A DNA stretch of 64,000 nucleotides from Actinomycetes bacterium. GTDB lineage: Bacteria; Actinomycetota; Acidimicrobiia; Acidimicrobiales; Palsa-688. Positions 18,515 through 25,606 of this stretch are shown here, piece after piece. The notes beneath the pieces were generated by a model. It saw nothing but the letters and a program-made list of their open reading frames with translations, had not been told where the DNA came from and searched no databases. The translations under genes and the position numbers were made by a program. The stretch spans positions 20,476-84,475 of the forward strand of contig JAJYLA010000002.1 in the NCBI GenBank assembly GCA_021788115.1. The letters are read 5' to 3'. Numbering within the stretch: position 1 is the stretch's first letter; every line of letters starts with the position of its first letter.

Positions 18515-19420
18515 ATGGACGGCCGTCTCGAAGAGATAGAGGGTTGGCCGGATGGTTCGTCGCCGCAGGACCGATTCCTCCAGGGCGGTCCGAGCGCCCG
18601 CTCTCTGCTGCTGACCATCCTCGGGGAGTACGTGCTGCCCCGCGGGCAGGCGGTGTGGACCGCGACGCTGCTCGAGGCGCTCTCCCTGCTCGGAGTCGAG
18701 GACAAGGCCGGCCGTCAGGCGCTCGCCCGCGCCGCCAAGGGCGGCTGGCTGTCCGCCGAGAGGATCGGCCGCGCCGCCCGATGGACGCTCACGGACCGTG
18801 CACGGTCCGTGCTCTCCGACGGCGCCGAGCGCATCTACGGGTTCGACCCGACGAGAGCCGGCTGGAACGGCAAGTGGCTGCTGCTCATGGTCTCCGTGCC
18901 CGAGGAGCGCCGCGCCGACCGCCACGTGCTTCGGACCCGGCTCGCCTGGTCCGGCTTCGGCTCCCTCGGCCAGGGCGTCTGGATCTCGCCCGACACGTCA
19001 CGCCAGGCCGAGGTGGGGGCCCTCCTCGGCGGCGTCGAGCCGCCCACGCGGGCGGTCACGTTCGTCGCGGAGCTCGGCGTCCTCGGCGACGCGGCGACCC
19101 TCGTCCGCCAGGCGTGGGACCTCGGCGCGCTCGACGAGCGCTACGCCGTGTTCGTCGCCGCCTTCGAAGGCGCGCCGGGCCGGCCGGCGGAGGGGCACGC
19201 CGCCGAGGCCTTCGCCACCAAGACCAGGATCGTCCACGAGTGGCGGAAGTTCCCTTTCATCGACCCGGGGCTGCCGACTGAGTTCCTGCCGAGCGGGTGG
19301 TCGGGGGGCAAGGCCCGCGCCCTGTTCCGCCGGCTGCACAGCCAGCTCGCTCCTGCCGCCGACGCGTGGTTCGACGGGAGCAGGCGCCAGGTGGAGGCCC
19401 GCCGGCAGCCGGTTCTCTAG
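18515..19420 (+). CDS. paaX: PaaX-family transcriptional repressor (phenylacetyl-CoA-responsive family), 301 aa
   Basis: The sequence contains ARSLLLTILGEYVLPRGQAVWTATLLEALSLLGVEDKAGRQALAR, GKWLLLMVSVPEERRADRHVLRTRLAWSGFGSLGQGVWISP and EWRKFPFIDPGLP. All three are PaaX-type segments. Confidence 0.8.
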   Translation: MDGRLEEIEGWPDGSSPQDRFLQGGPSARSLLLTILGEYVLPRGQAVWTATLLEALSLLGVEDKAGRQALARAAKGGWLSAERIGRAARWTLTDRARSVLSDGAERIYGFDPTRAGWNGKWLLLMVSVPEERRADRHVLRTRLAWSGFGSLGQGVWISPDTSRQAEVGALLGGVEPPTRAVTFVAELGVLGDAATLVRQAWDLGALDERYAVFVAAFEGAPGRPAEGHAAEAFATKTRIVHEWRKFPFIDPGLPTEFLPSGWSGGKARALFRRLHSQLAPAADAWFDGSRRQVEARRQPVL

Positions 19421-19827
19421 TCCTCGCCGAGCGCGCCGCGGGCCGCGGGGAACAGGGCCTGGTCCTCGCGGTCGATGTGCCCGCCCAGCAGGTCGCACAG
19501 CTCCAGGCACACGCCCGCGGCGTTCGGGCCGGTTTCTCCGCTGTACAGGGCGTCGCGCAGCGAGAGGATCCGTTCGTGCTCCCCGGCGAAGACGCCGACC
19601 ATCTCTGCGCCGAGGAACTCCTCGAGAGCCGGGAAGAGGGTCTCGTCCTCCAGTTGGCTGTGCTCGTCGAGCGCCGGCCCGAGGACGGCGGCGAAATCCG
19701 GCAGCCTCGCGGCGAGCTGCTCCACGTCGCCGGCATCGGCCGGCGCGCCCAGGGCGGCGAGCGCTTGGCGCACCTCGACGTGCTCGCGCTCGAGACGGTC
19801 GATCAGCACGAGCAAGGCGTCGCTCAC
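19417..19827 (-). CDS. Hemerythrin HHE cation-binding domain protein, about 136 aa
   Basis: Repeated H/E ligand motifs are present: LEREHVEV, DEHSQLEDETLFPALE, GEHERI and HIDREDQALFP. The GTG start at 19827 overlaps the upstream stop (GTGA). The convergent stop shares CTAG with paaX. Confidence 0.7.
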   Translation of the reverse strand: MSDALLVLIDRLEREHVEVRQALAALGAPADAGDVEQLAARLPDFAAVLGPALDEHSQLEDETLFPALEEFLGAEMVGVFAGEHERILSLRDALYSGETGPNAAGVCLELCDLLGGHIDREDQALFPAARGALGED

Positions 19828-20081
19828 CGGGCGACCCCCGCTTCGGGGCGTCGCGTGTAGAGCACGACGTAGCGCTCGCAGGCCACCAGCACGCACCCGG
19901 CGCACTGGGGACCGAAACCACCGGGGTCTATCGGCCGGGTCTCCACCTCGTATCCGAGGCTCTCGTACAGTTCGGTGAGCTCCCCGACCCTGGCGACGGG
20001 CGCCTCGAAGCGCCGTTCCCATCCCGACGCCTCGAGGTCCCCGGCAGGCTCGCGCACCGTCACTTGGATCGCGCCTGGCAT
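19824..20081 (-). CDS. Small conserved-looking hypothetical protein with a CxxC...C motif, 85 aa
   Basis: The sequence is MPGAIQVTVREPAGDLEASGWERRFEAPVARVGELTELYESLGYEVETRPIDPGGFGPQCAGCVLVACERYVVLYTRRPE. Composition is balanced. It lies 13 nt downstream of the crotonase and is translationally coupled to the hemerythrin. Confidence 0.55.
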   Translation of the reverse strand: MPGAIQVTVREPAGDLEASGWERRFEAPVARVGELTELYESLGYEVETRPIDPGGFGPQCAGCVLVACERYVVLYTRRPEAGVAR

Positions 20082-20094
20082 CCCCGCCGCTCCC

Positions 20095-21168
20095 CTACTC
20101 CGCCGAGGCCGGGGTGTCGGCCGGCTTGCCGTCGCTCAGGGGATGGCCACACTTGCCGCAATAGAGGAACTCCGAGGGCAGGTAGCGGGCGCCGCAGCTG
20201 GGGCAGGTCTTGGCGTACGGCCCCCAGCGGAACTCCGACGATCCACCCGAGGCCGCACGGTGGCGCAGCATCTTGTAGTCGGGCTGGCGCTTCTCCACGA
20301 ACGCGCCCATGCCCTCGAGCGGCTCCAGGCTCGTGTAGTGGACGGACAGCCAGTCACGGGCGTGGCCGACCGTCTGGTGCCACGCCAGCCCCTTCCAGAA
20401 GTTCACCTGCTCCTTGGTGTAGCGGGTGCACTCGGGGAACTGCTCGATCAGGTCACGGGTCAGCCCGTCGACCGCCTCGTCGAGCTTCGACAGGTCGATC
20501 GAGTACCCGTCACGGTTCTTCTTGGCCAGGGCGATCTGCTCGGGCGTCGCGTGAACGATGAATTCTCCGTCCTTGACGACCGAGGGGACCACCTCGTTGA
20601 CCAGGCCCCACTCCAGCGCCTGGTACGCAGGGACCGGCCGGTTGAGCATGAGCATCCAGCGGGCGCGGCGGTCGCCGACGAAGACCGGCAGCCACTGGGT
20701 GGCGCCACCGGCGGCCACGCTGCCGACCCGGGTCCCGACCTGGCCCACGTAGGCGTGCTCTGCGATCACGGAGAGATCACAGGCGAGGTGGCTCTCGTTG
20801 CCGCCGCCGACGGCCATGCCGTTGACCCGGGCGATGACCGGCTTCCCGGTGTTGAGGATGCTCTCGATGTACGCGCTGAAGAGGCCCATGTACTTCCAGT
20901 AGTCGTGGGGCGACTGTGTGTAGAGGCTCTCGTACTCCTTGACGTCCCCCCCGGTGCAGAACGCCGCCGTGCCGCTGCCGGTGAACACGATCACCGCAAC
21001 CTCGTCGTCGAACGCCGCCTCCCGGAACGCCGCAGCGAGCTCGATCAGCGCCCGGGTGCTGTACGCGTTGTAGGCCTCGGGCCGCTGGATGGTGATCGTG
21101 GCCACCCAATCCTGTTTGCTGTAACCGATCTCGGTGTACTCGACGGAGGGGAGCTTCTCGAACGTCAT
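20095..21168 (-). CDS. Crotonase-superfamily enzyme, BamA/Oah-like (6-oxocyclohex-1-ene-1-carbonyl-CoA hydrolase candidate), with a C-terminal zinc ribbon, 357 aa
   Basis: The sequence contains FTGSGTAAFCTGGDVKEYESLY..YWKYMGLF..KPVIARVNGMAVGGGNESHLACDLS..GSVAAGGATQWLP. Its long C-terminal part includes FPEC, which fits my memory of ring-cleaving Oah/BamA rather than short ECHs. The tail CPSCGARYLPSEFLYCGKCGHPL is a CxxC-X11-CxxC ribbon. AGGAGG lies upstream. Confidence 0.6.
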   Translation of the reverse strand: MTFEKLPSVEYTEIGYSKQDWVATITIQRPEAYNAYSTRALIELAAAFREAAFDDEVAVIVFTGSGTAAFCTGGDVKEYESLYTQSPHDYWKYMGLFSAYIESILNTGKPVIARVNGMAVGGGNESHLACDLSVIAEHAYVGQVGTRVGSVAAGGATQWLPVFVGDRRARWMLMLNRPVPAYQALEWGLVNEVVPSVVKDGEFIVHATPEQIALAKKNRDGYSIDLSKLDEAVDGLTRDLIEQFPECTRYTKEQVNFWKGLAWHQTVGHARDWLSVHYTSLEPLEGMGAFVEKRQPDYKMLRHRAASGGSSEFRWGPYAKTCPSCGARYLPSEFLYCGKCGHPLSDGKPADTPASAE

Positions 21169-21215
21169 GGTGGCCTCCTGGGACTCGGCAGCGATGAGAC
21201 GATGATCTACGAATC

Positions 21216-21244
21216 ATTTATTGTCGTCCCGCAACTGTAGTCAA
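21216..21244 (-). promoter_or_regulatory. Candidate promoter of the BamA-like operon (TTGACT-17 nt-ATAAAT on the minus strand)
   Basis: Minus-strand TTGACT lies at 21244-21239 and ATAAAT at 21221-21216, with a 17-nt spacer. This is about 48 nt upstream of the ATG at 21168. Confidence 0.45.
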
Positions 21245-21273
21245 TCATCCGGGGCGGGGCATCGTCAAGATGC

Positions 21274-21302
21274 TTGCACTACGTGTACCGCTGCGCTATA
21301 CT
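21274..21302 (+). promoter_or_regulatory. Candidate promoter of the benzoyl-CoA reductase operon (TTGCAC-17 nt-TATACT)
   Basis: TTGCAC lies at 21274-21279 and TATACT at 21297-21302, with exactly a 17-nt spacer, inside the most AT-rich patch of the intergenic region. Confidence 0.5.
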
Positions 21303-21307
21303 CGATT

Positions 21308-21335
21308 TTAGTCTACCGGACAGAAGGTAGAATAA
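21308..21335. promoter_or_regulatory. Operator candidate: inverted repeat TTAGTCTACC-N8-GGTAGAATAA (9 of 10 positions pair) just downstream of the -10
   Basis: Read directly from the sequence. The arms are 21308-21317 and 21326-21335, and the core TCTACC/GGTAGA pairs perfectly. The position suits a repressor blocking the bcr promoter. Confidence 0.45.
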
Positions 21336-21397
21336 ATGCCGAGGGACCCGCAGGGCGACCTGGGGTCCGCGACCCGCTTGGGGAGGATGAGGTGCCG

Positions 21398-22564
21398 ATG
21401 ACAGTTCGCCTGCTCGACGATTGGGAGGATCTCCCACTCGACGACCTCCTGCGCTACTGCCGTGACGTCGTCGAGGATCCCGATTACCCGACGGTCAAGC
21501 GCTGGCGAGAGGCCGGCGGCAAGGTCGTCGGTCACTTCCAGGTCTACTTCCCGGAGGAGATCGTGGAAGCCGCCGGTCTGCTTCCCGTCAAGGTCCAGGG
21601 CGCCACGGTTGAGCCGCGCCAAGGCGACGCCCACTTCGGAGCCTACCTGTGCTCCATCGTCAAGACCTCCCTGGAGCTCGGGCTGTCGGGCCGCCTCGAG
21701 CTGGACATGTTCGTCTCGCACCCGATCTGCGACACGGCGCGCAACCTGGCGGCCGTCTGGGGGCGCAACTTCTCGTACCCCTGCGAGGTCCTCTACCTGC
21801 CGCAGAACCCGAACTCGGCCCATTCGGTGGCCTACCTGCGCGGCGAGTACGACCGCCTGCGGCGCGGCATCGAGGAGATCGCCGGCCGGTCGGTCACCGA
21901 CGACGACCTGCGCGCCGCGATCGCGGTCTTCAACGAGAACCGGCGCCTGCTGCGCCGGCTCTACGACATCAAGCGCGAGTCGCCGTGGCTCCTTGCCGTG
22001 GACGAGGCGTACGTCCTCGTGGCCCTGGGCGGCCGGATCCCTCGCTCCGAGCACAACCGGCTGCTGAAGGCGGCGATCCCGATGATCGAGAAGCGCGACG
22101 CGGCGCCCCAGGACCGGATGCGGCTCGTGTTCGAGGGTGGGTTCTGCGAGCAGCCGCCCCTCGACCTGCTGACCACGATCGCCCAATCCTCCTACGTGGT
22201 CGACGACGACTTGCTCATCGGCCTGCGATGGCTCACCGACGACGTCGCCGCCGACGGCGACCCCCTCGAAACCCTCGCCCGGGCCTACCACGAGCAGTCC
22301 AGCTACAGCGCTGTGCAGCACGACCTCCGCAAGCCGAAGGAGGTCATGCTCCTCAAGCGGATCCGTGAGTCCGGCGCCGGCGCCGCGGTGATCAGCGCCG
22401 CCAAGATGTGCGAGCCGGGTCTCGACGAGCTGGTTCCCCACATGAAGGCCCTCGACGAGGAGGGAATCCCCTATTTCGTCAACGAGTTCGAGGAGAACAT
22501 GACGAGCTTCGACACCCTGCAGATCCAGCTCGAGACCTTCATCGAGAACGTCCTCTTCGCGTGA
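21398..22564 (+). CDS. bcrC: Class I benzoyl-CoA reductase subunit C-like (BcrC/BadD/BzdO family; 2-hydroxyacyl-CoA dehydratase fold), 388 aa
   Basis: This is the in-frame ATG within track ORF 21221..22564, preceded by GGGGAGGATGAGG. The sequence contains VVGHFQVYFPEEIVEAAGLLPVKV, HPICDTARNL and AAKMCEPG. Confidence 0.8.
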   Translation: MTVRLLDDWEDLPLDDLLRYCRDVVEDPDYPTVKRWREAGGKVVGHFQVYFPEEIVEAAGLLPVKVQGATVEPRQGDAHFGAYLCSIVKTSLELGLSGRLELDMFVSHPICDTARNLAAVWGRNFSYPCEVLYLPQNPNSAHSVAYLRGEYDRLRRGIEEIAGRSVTDDDLRAAIAVFNENRRLLRRLYDIKRESPWLLAVDEAYVLVALGGRIPRSEHNRLLKAAIPMIEKRDAAPQDRMRLVFEGGFCEQPPLDLLTTIAQSSYVVDDDLLIGLRWLTDDVAADGDPLETLARAYHEQSSYSAVQHDLRKPKEVMLLKRIRESGAGAAVISAAKMCEPGLDELVPHMKALDEEGIPYFVNEFEENMTSFDTLQIQLETFIENVLFA

Positions 22565-22576
22565 ACGGAGACCCCG

Positions 22577-23929
22577 ATGAGCACTGACACAACCAACCAA
22601 TCCAGCCGGCCCGGCGAGCCCGACGCCCAGCACGACTCCATAGTGGGTCGAGGCAACCGAGAAGGCAGCCGGCTCTTCCGCCAGTGGTACGAAGAGCTGA
22701 CGACCGCCCCCGAGCGCGGCGAGAAGGCCGCCTACGTCTTCGTGATGGGGAGCCTCGCCGAGCTGCTGAACTCGTTCAATCTCAACCTCGTGTTCCCCGA
22801 GATCAACGGCCTGCAGACCGCCGTCCGCCACGTCTCGGAGTCCTACATCACCCAGGCCGAGGACTACGGCTACAACTCGGACGTCTGCGGGTACGTGAAG
22901 GCGGATCTCGGGCTGCAGCTGCGCGGCGGCGACCACCCGATGGGCAGGATCCCCCGGCCGGACATCGCCGTCTACACCGGCGCCTGCAACACCTACATCA
23001 AGTGGGCGGAGATCTGGGAGCGGCTCTACGGCATCCCGATCTTCACCCTCGACGTCCCCGGGCCTCGAGCGGCCGGGCGGCTGCCCGGGCGCGGCCACGT
23101 CGACTACGACAACGACCTGCGCTACGTCGCCGGCCAGATCGAGGAGCTGATCTCGGTGCTGGAGAACGTCACCGGCACGCGCTTCGACGTCGACCGCCTC
23201 CGGGAGGCGATGGCCTACGCCAACACCATGACGACAGCCTGGGTGAAGATCCTCGAGCTCAACCAGAGCCGCCCCGCCGTCTACGACGCGGTGACCGACG
23301 GCACGTCGTACCTCGGCGTGGCGAACGGCTTCCGGGGTCGGCCCGAGGGGGCCCGCTACTTCGAGGAAGTCCTCGAGGAGCTCGAGTACAAGGCGGCGAC
23401 AGGCATCGGCACCTCCCACGACCAGCGCCACCGACTGGCTTTCGTCGGCGTTCCCTGCTATCCGATCTACCGGCGCTTCAGCGAGATGTTCACCGAGCGG
23501 GGCGGGGTGTTCGTCGGGTCGACCTACACCTGGTTCGCCTCCGGCGGGTGGAACTCCGGCTACCTCTACGACCTGGACAACCCCCTCGAGAGCCTCGCCG
23601 AGGGGACGCTGATCACCTCCCGCGAGGCGATGAACGACATGTTCCACGCGGACCGGCTGCTGGCCGACATGGTCGAGCCGTTCGGGCTCGACGGGGTCGT
23701 CTTCCACGGCATCAAGTCGTGCCGGACGGTGTCCTCGGGCCTGGCCGACTCACGGCGAGCGGTCATGGAGCTGGCCGACGTGGGGACCCTGCTGATCGAC
23801 TCCGACCACATGGACCCGCGGTCGGTTTCCGAAGCACAGATCAAGAACCGCGTCGACGCTTTCTTCGAAGGTCTCGAGACGCGCAAGCTGCTCGCCGCAG
23901 CAGGCGAGCCGGAAGGGAGCCGGCGATGA
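22577..23929 (+). CDS. bcrB: Class I benzoyl-CoA reductase subunit B-like (BcrB/BadE/BzdN family), 450 aa
   Basis: The sequence contains [52 protein letters not shown] and [11 protein letters not shown], typical of the BcrB/HgdB fold. Confidence 0.8.
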   Translation: MSTDTTNQSSRPGEPDAQHDSIVGRGNREGSRLFRQWYEELTTAPERGEKAAYVFVMGSLAELLNSFNLNLVFPEINGLQTAVRHVSESYITQAEDYGYNSDVCGYVKADLGLQLRGGDHPMGRIPRPDIAVYTGACNTYIKWAEIWERLYGIPIFTLDVPGPRAAGRLPGRGHVDYDNDLRYVAGQIEELISVLENVTGTRFDVDRLREAMAYANTMTTAWVKILELNQSRPAVYDAVTDGTSYLGVANGFRGRPEGARYFEEVLEELEYKAATGIGTSHDQRHRLAFVGVPCYPIYRRFSEMFTERGGVFVGSTYTWFASGGWNSGYLYDLDNPLESLAEGTLITSREAMNDMFHADRLLADMVEPFGLDGVVFHGIKSCRTVSSGLADSRRAVMELADVGTLLIDSDHMDPRSVSEAQIKNRVDAFFEGLETRKLLAAAGEPEGSRR

Positions 23930-24744
23930 CCTACGCAGCCGGAGTGGACGTGGGCTCCACTCAGACCAAAGCCGTCATCATCGACGGCGACCTCCGGATC
24001 GTGGGCCGGGCGCTGATCGATACCGGATCGAGCGTCACCCTCGCCGCCGAGCGCGCCTACGAGATCGCGCTCACCGAGGCGGACATCCGGGAGGAACAGG
24101 ACGGCGTCGGCTACATCATCGGCACCGGCTACGGCCGGTACAGGGTGACCTTCGGCGACTCCCAGACGACGGAGATCTCCTGCCACGCGCGCGGTGCGGT
24201 GCACATGTTCCCCGGCACCCACACGGTGCTCGACATGGGCGGGCAGGACACCAAGGCGATCAAGGTGAACCCCAACGGGGAGGTCCTCGACTTCTCGATG
24301 AACGACAAGTGCGCAGCGGGGACCGGACGCTTCCTCGGAGCGGCCTCCGCCGCCCTGGAAATCCCCCTCGACGATCTGGGCCCCACGGCGCTTCTGTCCG
24401 ATCGGCCCGTCAAGATCTCCACAACCTGCACGGTGTTCGCGGAATCGGAGATCTTGTCGTGGCTCGGCAAGGGCAAGAAGACCGAGGACATCCTGCTCGG
24501 CGTCCACCAGTCCGTCGGGTCGCGCGCCCTCGCCCTGCTTCGCCGGGTGGGCATCGAACGCGAAGTGACCTTCACGGGAGGGGTTGCGCGCAACTCCGGC
24601 ATGGTCGAGGTGATCTCGGGTCTCCTCGGCTTTCCCGTCAACTACAGCGAGGAGTCCCATTTCATGGGCGCCCTCGGGGCGGCGCTGTTCGCCATGGACC
24701 GCATCCGCAGCCGGCAGGTGCCGGCCATGACCTCGGAGGCCTGA
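23926..24744 (+). CDS. Benzoyl-CoA reductase ATPase subunit (BadF/BadG/BcrA/BcrD ASKHA family), 272 aa
   Basis: ATGA overlap with bcr[14 protein letters not shown] is the ATP phosphate-1 motif. [11 protein letters not shown] is also present. [11 protein letters not shown] and [10 protein letters not shown] provide the two Cys residues expected to ligate a bridging [4Fe-4S] cluster. Confidence 0.8.
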   Translation: MTYAAGVDVGSTQTKAVIIDGDLRIVGRALIDTGSSVTLAAERAYEIALTEADIREEQDGVGYIIGTGYGRYRVTFGDSQTTEISCHARGAVHMFPGTHTVLDMGGQDTKAIKVNPNGEVLDFSMNDKCAAGTGRFLGAASAALEIPLDDLGPTALLSDRPVKISTTCTVFAESEILSWLGKGKKTEDILLGVHQSVGSRALALLRRVGIEREVTFTGGVARNSGMVEVISGLLGFPVNYSEESHFMGALGAALFAMDRIRSRQVPAMTSEA

Positions 24745-24746
24745 TC

Positions 24747-25559
24747 ATGAGTCACATCGTGGGCGTCGACGTTGGATCGACCTATACGAAAGCCGTGGTG
24801 ATCTCGGAGGAGGGCGCCCTCGTCGGGCGGTCCCTCCGCCGCACGGGCTTCAAGCTCGCCGAGGCCGCGCAGGAAGCGCTCGACGGGGCGCTCGAGGCTG
24901 CAAAGCTCGAGAGGAGCGACGTTGCCTACATCTCGACGACCGGGTACGGGCGCTTCCAGCTCGGGAGCCGGCAGCTCAATGTGACCGACCTCACGGCATC
25001 CGCCTGGGGGGCGCGCTTCCTCTACCCGGGGACCCGCACCGTCCTCGACGTGGGAGGCCAGACCATGAAGGCCAGCCGCATCGACGAGAACGGGCGCGTG
25101 CAGTCGTTCCGCCTCAACGACAAGTGCGCGGCCGGTACGGGCGCGTTCCTCGAGAAGACGGCCCGCTACATGGGCTACAGCACCGACCAGGTCGGGCCGC
25201 TGGCGGCTACGTCACGCGAGAACGTGCCGATCTCCGGCGTGTGCGCCGTGTTCGCCGAGGCCGAGGTGATCAACCACCTGTCGCAGGGAGTGGCCCCCGC
25301 CGACATCATGCAGGGAGCCATCTCCTCGCTCGTCACCCGCTCCGTGCAGCTGATGAAGCGGGTCAAGATGGAGCCCGAGTTCACCCTGGTCGGCGGGATC
25401 CTCCGCTTCGAGACGATGGCAGAGCTGCTCCGGGGCAGGCTCGGAGCCGACGTGCACGTCCCCGAGGGCGACATGGTGCAGTACGTGCTCGCTCTGGGCG
25501 CCGCGCTGCTCGGCCGGCGCCGGCTGCAGAAGCTCGCCCTCGAGGGGGCGGCCGCCTGA
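24747..25559 (+). CDS. Second, distinct benzoyl-CoA reductase ATPase subunit (BadF/BadG/BcrA/BcrD family), 270 aa
   Basis: The sequence contains [35 protein letters not shown] and GVCAVFAEAE. It is a clearly diverged paralogue of the preceding gene. Confidence 0.8.
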   Translation: MSHIVGVDVGSTYTKAVVISEEGALVGRSLRRTGFKLAEAAQEALDGALEAAKLERSDVAYISTTGYGRFQLGSRQLNVTDLTASAWGARFLYPGTRTVLDVGGQTMKASRIDENGRVQSFRLNDKCAAGTGAFLEKTARYMGYSTDQVGPLAATSRENVPISGVCAVFAEAEVINHLSQGVAPADIMQGAISSLVTRSVQLMKRVKMEPEFTLVGGILRFETMAELLRGRLGADVHVPEGDMVQYVLALGAALLGRRRLQKLALEGAAA

Positions 25560-25579
25560 GAGTGCGGCCGGATCCACGG

Positions 25580-25598
25580 ACCGGCGTGCCGGTAGGAT
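25580..25598. promoter_or_regulatory. Palindrome ACCGGC-GT-GCCGGT abutting a TAGGAT -10-like hexamer, immediately upstream of the TetR gene
   Basis: ACCGGCGTGCCGGT lies at 25580-25593 with perfect 6-bp arms. TAGGAT lies at 25593-25598, 8 nt before the ATG at 25607, which suggests a short-leader or leaderless transcript. Confidence 0.35.
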
Positions 25599-25606
25599 CT
25601 GGGAGC

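Noticed and set aside
21308-23707. A 799-aa minus-strand ORF across bcrC/bcrB
   Set aside because: It is a shadow ORF of low-complexity Gly/Arg/Val/Asp composition. The plus-strand frames carry the BcrC- and BcrB-type motifs.
21398-25559. Alternative reading of the four-gene cluster as a 2-hydroxyacyl-CoA dehydratase (HgdAB plus activator)
   Set aside because: Dehydratase systems use one activator gene encoding a homodimer. Here two clearly different ATPase paralogues follow the two large subunits in one coupled operon, which is the benzoyl-CoA reductase architecture. The neighbouring aryl-CoA genes fit that reading. It is not formally excluded without phylogeny.
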